A DNA stretch of 64,000 nt, taken from Tubulanus polymorphus. Taxonomy: Eukaryota; Animalia; Nemertea. The notes under the pieces are model-generated. The model had not been told where the DNA came from and did no database searches. It saw only the letters and a list, made by a program, of their open reading frames with translations. The stretch covers positions 9,899,859-9,963,858 of the forward strand of contig NC_134036.1 in assembly GCF_964204645.1 (NCBI RefSeq), in the 5' to 3' direction. The position numbers and the translations under genes were made by a program. Each line of letters opens with the position of its first letter. Position 1 is the first letter of the stretch. This document shows positions 42,576-54,959 of this stretch, piece after piece.

Positions 42576-43709
42576 ACATAGTCATGTGTTGCATTCTTTT
42601 TGATTACTTGGTACTTTATATTTCATTTCTATCTGCTGGTCTGAAATAAATGTATTCAGTATGTATCAGAGAAACAGGATATGAGAAATAAATTTTAAAA
42701 AATTTTGCGATGCATATATGACATTGTTTTATGTTCTTCCTTTCTCAAGACTTTATTGAGCTTCTACTCTATGGTGCCAGTATTGTCCATATACAATGAT
42801 CAACAGTCCAAGCTCGTTGCTTACAGTCTCCCAGGTTTACCTTGGGATGAAAAGTTGCCCCCAAAGTCTCCCAGAATCGAATGCAGTGATTTATTTTATG
42901 AATCTATACTAGATAATGGATCTTTGGCCAGGGTTTTATCCCGAAAAGTTTGACGATCGCTGAAACGATAGGGTAACCAGCGCATACAATTTATCAAAAT
43001 TTTTGTCTCAACTGTCACTGGGGTTATTGATGCTAGACAAATTGTCTGATATCATTGTTGAAATTGACAGTAAATTTTCCTTCCTCAAATTGAGTGGGTC
43101 ATGAAACATTGTTTCAGCAACTATTTTAAACCTTCACTTTAGATTTTTGCCCATGCAATATGGCATCTGGTTCATAAATCGTGACGATTCCGAGACAAAA
43201 ACAATGCAAAAAACTCTACTTTCTTGTGAAGATAAAAAAAATAATCCAATGTACTGAATTCCTAATGACACTCTGAGTCTGAAACAGTGATTTTTAGTGT
43301 GATTGATTGAACCATTTACGAGAGGTGCGGATCTGCACTTTTACCCAGTTAATGACATTTAGATCAATCGAAACTAACGAGGCCCTACACTTTCAAAAGT
43401 TTTCAGACCGCGAGCCCTTCGGCAATCATCACGTCGGGGTAGGCCTACCCTTCTCGACTACGTGTACCCTGATCGTAGCTGTGAAACGGCCATTCACCAC
43501 GCGTCACTTCTTCCGCTTGAACTTGAAGAATGAAGATGAACTTGGGAGCGTACTGGTTGGTCAGCCAGGCCGATTATCTCAAGAACAGAATTTGCACACG
43601 GTGGCCTAAGCTCTAGACTTTTTACCGAAATGTCTTTAGAAGTACTATCTTTAAAAAATACCTACGTATATTGATCGAGAGTGATCAATTAGACTGCAAT
43701 TAATCCACT

Positions 43710-43845
43710 ACAGAATGGCGGCCATTTCAAAATCATGCGCGGTATCATGGGATTGCATACACTAGCGCCACGAACGCAGTGAGAATGACGTCATGATCTA
43801 AGCCCCGCCCACTTCGTCCTAAGCTCCGCCCACTTCGTCGACAAT
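43710..43845. promoter_or_regulatory. Candidate promoter of the element-1 gene
   Basis: CpG-rich; ATGGCGGCCAT (YY1-like), TGACGTCA at 43786-43793, and two 21-bp direct repeats with CCGCCC GC boxes at 43798-43839. Confidence 0.5.
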
Positions 43846-44053
43846 GCCATCTATCGACGGCAAAACACATTAGTTATATACAGTGGCCTATGAAACCGAC
43901 TTACGCGAGAATGATTGTGTACATCAAAATCGATGAAAGAACGATACTGAGGGGTGTCAGACTCGCGGGGTGGCATACTCATCCCACAAGTTTTTCTCAC
44001 CCCGCAGGTAAGGTCTCAATAAGATTGCCACCCCATATCTAGCACATATAAGA

Positions 44054-44301
<248 letters not shown>

Positions 44302-44370
44302 CCATATAATGATAATTATATATTTATATTTATATTTGTTTTTATACTTTTATTCCTAGAACCATGTAGA

Positions 44371-46730
44371 CACTAGGGAAAACGTGTAAGTGGGTCACGG
44401 GGAATTCCTCATATAACAAGTGGACTGCCAAAAACTAACTACGCCAAAAACGGCGGAATACGCCAGAAATGGCAAATGTTTTTATGTGTACCCATGGCAA
44501 CGTTTACTTGAAAACTTTATAATTGTTTTTAAAACTAGTTCCCACATTTATTTTTAACAAAAATCATGATACATAAACTTGTTTCATGCTGTAGTAGTTT
44601 TGAGAGTTTTCCCGGAGTTTTTGGGCTTCATATCACGTAATCATTGAGAAAAACGTTAATTTAACCACTTTACCTAGCTCAAAAATTTCCATCCTAGCGT
44701 CATATGAAAGCTTATCGTCTGCTCGAGATTATGACGTCATCGGCGACATGCGCAAATTAAACCGGAAGTGCGCAAAAAACTTTAAAGCAAAACTCGAAAC
44801 TTAGTCAGCTGAAACTGGCTGATTAAGCCATAAACGACTGTGAAAGTTTCAAAACTGAGTGATCCAAAAACGGCTTATTCTGCCGTTATTGGCGAAAATT
44901 ATTGGCGGAAAACGCCGAAATTGGCAGAATAAGCCGTTTTTGGAAAGTGTTCCTGACTGAGTGTTCCAAAATGGAAGACAAATAACACAAATATGCGCTT
45001 TTTAGTGGAAAATTACCCGTAAATATCGATATACACCAACCGAATTCGTCTTTTGCAAGCATGGAGTTTAAAAAAAAGAAATTGCAAGTAAAAAGGCCAG
45101 TTAAAATACGCGAGTAGGCCTACATGTTAAACATTTGAAGGTAAGATCATTTTAAATAATGTAAGCTGAAGCAAATCAAATTGACTTTATTGGTCCTTAT
45201 CAATATCAATAAACATGTATATTATTGGTTTGACAGTTCAATAAAGTTGACAGGACAAACAAGAGACATGGAGAATTATGCAATTGCATAGGTCAATTGT
45301 TTAGTTTAATGTTAATGTTGTTAGTTGATCTTTTAATCCAGGTCCGATCTGGTACTGTTCATCGCAACAATAGGCTACAAAATCGCTAGCTGGAAATCAA
45401 CCTACGTCGTATAGGCCTACTGTAGCCTTAAGTTCTATATGGGTTCTATTTGGGAATAATTTAATCTCAAATTACTTTTTGTTTTGTAGATGGTAATATG
45501 TAGCTAAATGATGGACATTTCGATTTTTCAAGAAGTGGATTTTGAGAATCTGGAAGATTTAAGAATTGAAAATGGCCACAATCCACCAATAATGCAGACA
45601 ATGGTTATGACAACGTAAGTTAGAAATACAGTGCCTTATGACTAAAAATGCAATCTTAATTGCCAATCTACTCATCCGATATGAACTTGACCAATCACAA
45701 AAATGTTTAATCTGTTTTGCAGCCACAGCTCATTGATGGAAATAGATGATCCTCTCCACACAAATGCTGAGGTGAACCATCGTGGGGCTGTTACTACTAT
45801 TATGGCGTTCTCCCTCAAAGCTGGATCTACATCAACTGTTTTGACTGGATTGTTGGATCAGTTGAATTTACTGTTACTGAGAAGCGGTTCTACGCAGTTC
45901 TAATTAGCCTATTTTCAAAAGATTTTCTCTATGTCCGGAGGTGAACAAATATTACTGCCCTGTATATAAGACATTATTCAAAAAACTGCAGGTATGATAC
46001 AAATGTTCATTATGTGATATACAGTATGATAAGGCAACATTAGAGGAAAAAGGACATTTTTTTGTGTACATGCCCATTAATGAACAACTGAAAAGACTCC
46101 TCGGCTAAGAAGAGCTAGCTGGCAACATAAATGAATGGGCCTACAAGGAAAGCAGAACACTTCGAGCTGGTGACAGCAATATATTCAACATTTTTCATAA
46201 ATAACATTGTAATTCGGGGCTTGGGCAGTCCCCTAAGCCTCTAGTTATCTTGATAATAAATGAAAAATATCCAAAATTTTTTGTTCAGATCATGATTTTT
46301 GTGAAACAGTTTTTGGATTTATTCAAGGGGCAACAAAGACATGTGCTTCATTCATACAGGATCCAATCTAGTCAATACAGGACAAACAACATGACTTTTT
46401 TGACACGGCATCCTGGAAAAAACTACTAAATGAGGATCAAACAATTAAAAAGACAGGAGATTCCTTCAAATCCTCGAACATTACATGCACAATCTTACTT
46501 TTTATAAAATCATGTGAAGCTAAATGTTGTAATTACAAATTTTATTGCAGTTTACAAAAGTGACCAATTATGAGAAACAAGGTACATGTATAATTTTTTA
46601 GCCTAGTACATGCATCCAGATTGCACGTGTATTTCAGAAGCCACATATGAATTTACACGTGTTTTTAAAATACACGTCCTAAGTTACACGTGTATTTCAA
46701 AATACACGTCAAAAGTACACGTATAACAAA
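44371..46730 (+). mobile_element. Degraded CACTA/EnSpm-like element
   Basis: Starts with CACTAGGGAAAACGTGTAA; TACACGT repeats at 46620-46722; broken frames such as AVTTIMAFSLK...LTGLLDQLNLLL and FFVYMPINEQLK resemble animal EnSpm transposase N-termini. Confidence 0.45.
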
Positions 46731-46802
46731 TATATACTCCACACTAATCTGATACAGTATTAGTGGGTCATGTTTTTATACGAAACTGATCCATAGGACC
46801 AT

Positions 46803-46858
46803 TACACACGCACGCGCGCGCGCGCGCACGCACGCACGCACACACACACACACACACA
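46803..46858. repeat. (CA)/(CG)/(CACG) compound microsatellite
   Basis: Read directly from the sequence. Confidence 0.95.
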
Positions 46859-49849
46859 GTCCCTCGAATATTGGGTTTTCAATGTGCTATAGCCCATTGC
46901 ATGCCATTCCACATGATAGATAGAACGACCATTTGAGACTTGGGACTCAAGCACCAGCAGAGAATTCGGGGCACGACAGTCCTTATTGGGTCTTGTATAA
47001 AACTTAAATAGCATACCGGTATATCGGGTACCCGGTATATGATTTCGAGACCAACAGAACGGTGTGTTTCCTTTGTAATAGTCATCTCCATACACCCCCG
47101 ATACACAACCAGCCTCGTACCCTCCGATACACCACGGGCCTCGCAAACAGCCGACGCTTTTCAAAAATACCGAACGCGAACGCCTAGCTACTCGATCAGG
47201 GACGTGCCACCTGCGACCGTAAAGCGACATGCCGCACCAATAATTGAATAACCCAAGACGCCATAATAAATGTTATTCTGCATTTAAGGGGGGGGGGGGA
47301 GTATCAAATTAGTCCGAATTGCAAACAGCAGCATTTTGTTCTGAGGCACAAATACGGTGATATTAAAGCAGTTGGGATTTTCGGTGTACGGGCCACATGC
47401 AACAAGAACAAGTTTGAGTTTGGTCATATATGAGCTGTCCAATTTAAGTTGTTGTAAGCATAGCCCTTTGACAGTGAAATGCCACAATAATAACCACTGA
47501 GATAGTCTTAGCTAAAGGATTGCTTAATAGTTGTCGAATAAACACTATAATCCGTGTATACTGTAGATAAATGAAGAAATCCCACACTTCAAATTTAAAA
47601 TTATACGATCAAATTTATTACTATGAAACCACAGCCATCATCAGGTGGAATGACCAGAAAAACAAGTGTTTACGGTAGGCGGCCGCACTGAACCAGGAAG
47701 GTTTTTTTCATGAAAGTTGCCCAGTAAACGGATTCAAACAAATCTAAATCTTCGATCCAATTGAACCATTTGTTTTCGATTTTGATGAAGTTTTGACTCA
47801 ATAGTATCAATCGTATACCCGGTACCTAAGATGACATTTTCATAACCAGGCGGATCTAGGAAATTTGGAAGAAAAGAAAATGTATTTTTTTAAAAATTAG
47901 CTCTTATGGCCTCTAGAAAATTGGTCAAAGTGGTCAAAATTAGCTCTTATGGCCTCTAGAATTCATCTAAGATGTGAATATTTAATCACCAATCCCCGAT
48001 GTCGGCTGTGTATCCTGATATTACTGTACGGTACATAATTTTATATATATTCATATGGTAGACTTTACTTACCTATTGGGACCTATATGGTTTCATACTA
48101 AAAATTATATATTCCATAGATTTTACAGACTTATTGGGTGCCTCAAACTGCGGAAACATTATGTACAGGTCTATTGGGTCATCACCTTATGAGTCCCAAG
48201 TTTGAACTGCTTATTCAAATTAGTAAATTAAACATTATTTCGAGTCAAAGTTTAATTGTAGTGACGACCCAGAAGTGGTTCTAATCTCTTAAGAATTACA
48301 GTGATGGAGCTGTCGTCATAATGACGATCACCTAATCGGATTTTACAATCTTAAAATTTCGTCTTGTACGTTTTCTGTAGCGCAGGTGATCAAGTATTAG
48401 GATCAACTTCATTGTAACAAATGATTTCAAATATCAGGAGCCCAATGTGTTTAATGATTCAATTAAATGGTATCGTGCTGATTGGATGAAAGTGGGGTAA
48501 ATCATTTTATTGTGATTTTATTCTTTTTGAATTGGTCATTGGTGGTCAATGGTCAATTTATGAATCTTCAATAGCGAATCTTTTCTAGTTTCACACCAAA
48601 CGCGGTATATCGTTCTCATGTTCGTGAAATTGTAATTCGTCAGTAGTGGTCAGTGTTGGTCAGCTTATGAATTTGCAATGATGAATCCTTGGTAGTTTGT
48701 AAACAAACATGGCTTGAGAAATTTCCGATATTCGAAGTCTGAATCGTTCAGACTCGGGGATCATATCTCAATTGGTCAGTTTCTGACCATCTCGGTGTCA
48801 GCATTGTGGTCGATAGCTTATATGAAATATTTGTAGATAACCAACGAAGGGGCCCAAAAGCACAAGCCAATTTCCAGTGATGTGATCCAAAAAATGCCCT
48901 ACTGAAAAAAGCAGTCTCTCAATTGGACGAAACCAAATCGCACAGGAATATTAATTTAGAAATTGTCGACTAGTAGCCACAGCGGTGGTTTTTTCTACGT
49001 AGTCTCTCATTTCATATCATAAGATTTCCCCCGTTTCAAACTGTTGGGTTTATGAGTCAATATTAAACAGACATATTGGGGCCCTCAGTAATAACTAATA
49101 TATTTCTTTTGATATTTGTACCTATCTGTTGGGTCCATCAAACAGTTAGTTTTCTGTAGTAACTAATATATATCACATGATACATGATTGTACCGATCTA
49201 TTGGGTCAAATATGGTCTTATATCAAACTTATACATTCCGAATGTACCCATATGGAAGACTTTAATAGACCATTCAAAGTGGTTTCCTGTGAAATAATTG
49301 TTATATTTTCTGTTTTCACGGTACTGCATTGGCATAATCCAAGAGAATGGAAGGGATGTATGGATTCATGTAATATGGCATATTCAAGTGCCGCTGCATA
49401 TCCACATGGAAACGATTGGCAATGTGAGGATGTTCCTGCACTGTTCCTTCCTTTGAATTCACCAAATTACTAAATCAACTCAGCATAGTCATCAATATAC
49501 ATGTAGTTTATCCCTCAAAATCGAGCAGTGCTTGCGCATACACGTAGGCTAAGCTAGGCTAATTCCACTATGTCTTGTATTATCGAAACCTATATCAACC
49601 CCATCTGACAAAGTTTAAATCAAACTTTGTCAGAAGGGGTTGAGAATTGAATAGGTTTCAATTGTTTACATTGGCTAATCTGGATCAGTTCAATTTTGAT
49701 CTCATGTTTGTCTGTACATCAATGTATGTTAGGAAATTATCCAAGTTTAGCGCAGTCTTATGTGTATACGGTTCCTAGAAAAATCAAATCGATATTTGGG
49801 TAAAGCCTGTGAATCTAACACAAACACTTGGATTATACATCATTATAAG

Positions 49850-50039
49850 TTTATTTGGAATCTTTCTCTTTTTAATAATGTTATTCACTCGTTCTAATCT
49901 GAAGTAGAGTTCTCTTTGTCAGCATTTTAGTGGCTTCGTCCAAAAGTTCACGATAAGCCATTCTGTTGGAACGAATGCAAGATCGTATGGAATATTTTTT
50001 CTTCTTCCGATGACCAGCGCCTTCGTGTTTTCATTCTGC
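49850..50039 (-). pseudogene. Frameshifted duplicate of the element-2 Myb/SANT terminal exon
   Basis: RRRWSSEEEKIF / CIRSNRMAYRELLDEATKMLTKRTLLQIRT / VNNIIKKRKI read in three frame segments; aligns with 54960-55174. Confidence 0.8.
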
Positions 50040-50769
50040 CTATTAAAAGAAAGAAAATTCATTTATTTCTATATTTGGTTTAGGCTAAAAAAGTGATACT
50101 TTGTTTCTCTGCAGCTGCCGGGAAATTGTGTAAATTCCAATAAAATTTATAATCAGTTCATTTCTATAGCTGCTGGGTCTGTAATTGTATGGCTGGTAGT
50201 GATAAAAAAAATAATGTACAGGGTAGATAGGCTGCAGGGTAAATTAACTTTAAGCTAGGCAGAGTGGGGAAACAATGTATCATTTTTTCCCTTAATTGAC
50301 CAATTTGAATACATGACCTGTCAAACCATGTAAAACATACATGTACAGTCAGAGTGGCACTACTTGTACAGGTACTTGAGCTATTTAAATTAACCTTTTT
50401 GAAAGTAAGCTACCTTGGTAGGGATATCAAAATTGTGACATTGAAACTCGGGAAGTGCACTATTTTTATATTGAACATCACCTCAGCCTGGCAGCATATC
50501 AAAAAAGGTATGACCTTTAAATGTTATATATTCTTTATGATATACTAGTAACACTAAACTGCTTTCAAAAGTTATTACAGTTAATTTCAACCATTGATAT
50601 TTAGCACTGCTTGGTGGCCATGATGAATAATGCATCCCTGTAAAACTTGATGTACATGTTCATTGGGACATAATCTGCAACTTTGCACTACATCATAATA
50701 TTGAATTTCGACCAGAGAATAATCTGAAGAATATGCATTGGTTATGTTTTAAATTACAATTGCTCATAT

Positions 50770-51925
50770 GTGACCTTGAAACTCAGGACGGCCATCTTGC
50801 ATCTGATTGACCCAAAATTTCTCTCATGCTGATGCACCCTTCTGGTATACAATCTGATAGATCAAAATTTCCCTTGAAAACTTCAAAAATAAGCAAACAA
50901 GGGGTCCAGGGACACCATGCCCTCTTGGGAAGTAGTTTCAAATGCTCAACAACAACCCTGAATCTAACATGACCCTGAAACTCTCTGCAATCAATTAGAA
51001 TATGTCAACAGCTACGATTTTGTAATTGATTGTGATAACAAAATATGCCTCGTTACCAATTTAATATGGAAATACTAAGTTATTCAATGCCCCTGGCAAC
51101 CACATGCAAAACCCAATGACCTTGAAACTCACCACAATCATAGAACATGTCACGAACTACAACTTTGCAATTGATCATGGTAACAAAATATGCCTAGATA
51201 CCAATCTAATAAGGAAATACTATGTAATTCTACTATTCAACGCCCCCTGGTGACCATATAGAATAACTCATGTCCTTAAAACTCACCACATACATAGATG
51301 ATGTCATGAGCTACAACTTCACAATTGATTGTGGTTACAAAATATGCATAGGTACAAACATAATATAGAAATGCTAAGTTATTGTATTATTTAACGCCCC
51401 CTGGTGGCCATATACAAAATTCGATGACCTTGAAGCTTACCAAAATCATAGAACACGTTATGAGCTACAACTTTCCAATAGATTGTGGGAAAACAATATG
51501 TTTAGGTATCAATATAGTGTCGAAATTTGAAAATGTTGATAATTAATGGATAGGAGCACCCTTAATACGACCAGTCAAACTGCGCAGTTTTAATTAACCA
51601 TCGTTTTTATATCCATTTTACACTGTATTGAAGGATTGCCAAAAAGTTTTCATTTTCGCATGTTAACATGAGAAAAAATAAGCCATTTTTGAAATTCTAA
51701 CAATATACGTCCTGAGTTTCCATGCCTACGAACCATTGATTTGTGATGATTTGATTATAATTTCAAATGGTAGGCACGGAAACATATTGTTAAAATTGAT
51801 TTACAGTCAACCCCCTATATACAACATCTGGTAATATGAAGATCAAATTCAGGTATGTGTTCAAAAGTTTTAAAGAAATATCCCAAAAAATCGACTTTCG
51901 GTCTTAAGTCCCTAGTGGGCTAAAA
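50770..51925 (-). mobile_element. Rearranged HINE/DINE-like copy
   Basis: ggggtccagggacaccatgccc at ~50900, central tandem repeats to ~51520, and end motif cttaagtccctagtgggctaaaaa at ~51903. Confidence 0.7.
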
Positions 51926-53777
51926 AGGTATGAAATAACTAAACAGATTTACCGTCGGTTGCGCAAAGTTGACTCATATCTACCATAAGACTCTCTCTAT
52001 GTGATTCAACTGCGGATTGATTGGAATCTTTCACACGACTCGTATCGAACTCGGTGGTCCATCTTCCTATGAAAATTGAAAATATCGACATGCATTAGCA
52101 ATTGAGTAGTTGTTGAAATTGAGACCAAAATTGACATTTTTGGGTACGAAAAAAGGTAACAGGACAGCCATCTTGCATCCGATTGACCCAAAATTTCCCT
52201 CATGCTGATGCACCCTTCTGGTAATCTGATAGATCAAGGTAATTGAATCTTCAAAATTCCCTTGAAAACTTCTAAAATGACTAGGAAAGTGCTGATTTCA
52301 GAGAAGAAAAATGGCCACCAGTCAACCATGTTGATTCTGACCAAGCTCAGTTTTTGGGAAGAAGATGTATCTAGGGTAGATACATGTATATAAATATATT
52401 AAATCAATTACATTAATATATTTCTATAAATGATAATGGGCCTATTACATTTTATAGATTGTACCTATCTATTGGGTCCATCAAACAGCTGGTTTCCTGT
52501 GTAATAACTAATACATTCCACATGATAGATTGTACCGACCTATTGGGTCCTTTGTCTTATCGTACATAATAATCCATATGACAGATTTACCAGACCAATC
52601 TAACTGTGGGTTTCCTGTGTTATAACAATACATTCTATCATAGATTTCCCTCAATTCGGGGATTCCTATGTAATGAATAATATACATTCAGTATGATAGA
52701 CTTTATCAAACATAATGGGTCCTTCAAGGTGATTAGTTAGTACTTGGTGAAATACTGAACAATCTGGAAATGTCAAGAATCACCATAACCATAGGGCTTT
52801 TCATGCACTGGCACAACATGCAATTGTTTGTGGTAACAACGTCATATGTCTAGGTACTAATATACTGTAGTACCATATTCTTCGGCTAATTTGCGCCACC
52901 GGTGAACATAAACAATACCTAGAAACTCACCACAATCTTAGGGCAATTAATGTTAGAGCAAGTCATGAGGCCAAAATATTTACTGCGAATGAGAGAAATT
53001 GAGATAAATGATCGAAGCATTCTCAATATTTCCCATGAAAACTAGAAAAACAATGTCTAAAAGTGCTGATTTCAAATTGTATCAGAATAACTGGATTCTG
53101 TCAAGCTTGGGACAAGTGACACAAAGCGGATGCGATAACCCACTTAAGTCCATTCTTTTATGTGACATAGATATTTTTGGATATTTCGCTTAATGTTTTG
53201 AACACATACGTCTAATTGGTTTTAATACGACCAGTGAAACTGTGCAGTTTTAATAAACCATCGTTTTTATATCCATTTTACACTGTATTGAAGGATTGCC
53301 AAAAAGTTTTCATTTTCGCATGTTGAAATGAGAAAAAATAAGCCATTTTTGAAATTCTAACAATATGCATCCTTAGTTTCCATGCCTACGAACTATTGAT
53401 TTTTGATGATTTGATTATAATTTCAAATGGTAGGCACGGAAACATATTGTTAAAATTGATTTACAGTCAACCCCCAATATACCAGTTTCACTGGCAGTAT
53501 AGAGATCAAATTCAGGTACAAAAGATTTAGAGAAATATCCCAAATAATCGACTTTCCGTCTAAAGTCCCTAGTGGGCTAAAAAGGTATGAAATAACTTAA
53601 CTGATTTACCGTCGGTTGCGGAAAGTTGACTCATATCTACCATAAGACTCTCTCTATGTGATTCAACTGCGGATTGATTGGAATCTTTCACACCAATTGT
53701 ATCGAACTCGGTGGCCCATCTTCCTGTGAAAATTAGAAATATGAACATGCATAAGCAATTGAGTAGTGGTTGAAATC
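51563..53777. repeat. ~550-bp direct duplication (51563-52117 and 53223-53777)
   Basis: Near-identical text from taatacgaccagt to ttgaaat in both copies. Confidence 0.9.
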
Positions 53778-54959
53778 ATATGGTCAGAGGCTTTGCCATA
53801 TGTCATGTGTTAAATAAACGTCCATGGGTTTTCATAGTTAATATCTCCTAATACGAATCAGTTAAAATCGGATATCATGCTTGTCTAAGCTTACCGTACG
53901 TGAATTTTTGTTAGACAGGTTGAGGCTATTTAAAAAAATGAAACAGTCTTTCTCATCACCATGCGCGTCAAAAAAAAAATCAGCGACGGAAATCGGATGA
54001 CAGTCCATCAATGAGTATTAACTTACATATTTCATATGAAAGACAGTACCGACCTTTTGGGTCCACCAAACTGTGTTTCCTGAGTAGTAACCAATCGGGT
54101 CCAATATGGTTACGTATAAAAGTCATATATTCCATGATGCCGACGTTCGGTATAAAATGGCAATCATCTGTCAGACATGGCAGTATCTCTGAACCCATGG
54201 TGCAGTCAAGAGCTCCAGCAGTTGAAAATGGTATTTCCCTATTATCAAGGTCAGTTTTAACCGATTCAAACTCTACTTTTTTTCGAGGATATGCGTGGAC
54301 ATGCAATATATTCATTCCTATAGTTTAAATTTCGAGCATAACTTAGCGATTTACTTCAAAATTCTCCATTCTGCATTCTTCAAAATTTCAAATCTTTGAA
54401 TAACAAGGTTGCAGGAGTTATCCAGAAAAACCGTGCATCATACACAGCACAGTTACAGGATACCTAGTCATTAACCTATAAAAACAAAACAGTTGCTGCT
54501 CTCTAGTGCATAATTTTTGGGGGAAGAAAACTTTTTTCCTATCAATTGCAATGAACTGAAAAATTCATAATCAGTAATATTATCTAAATTTCATCAAAAT
54601 CGAACATAAATTCGCTAAATTAATACAACAGATTTTTTGGTAAAATCTTTATAACTCTAGCAATTTTCATTGAATACAAAAACACCTACAGAATCAGCAT
54701 AATGTGATTGAGAAAGGTACTATGTTGAAAATGGTGTTAAAGAAATATGAAAAAAGTTTTCTCAACTTTGATACCGTCTGAAACTAGTGTCAGCCAGATG
54801 TGTTCCTGTACATATTATAAACAAACGACGACAAGCTGAGTCGCTGGTGGGATGTGACCCACTGAAAATCTCACCACCGGATTTCAGATGCCTCTGAACG
54901 TCAGGTTTAAAGCCAATGAATCTTACACAAATACTTGGATCATCCATCATCGTACACAT

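Larger units (their letters stand above)
36134..43344 (+). mobile_element. MULE (Mutator-like) DNA transposon, ~7.2 kb
   Basis: ~105-bp imperfect TIRs (gtaaaagtgcagatccgcacctctc... / ...gagaggtgcggatctgcacttttac) enclose a transposase gene; no clean TSD seen. Confidence 0.88.
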
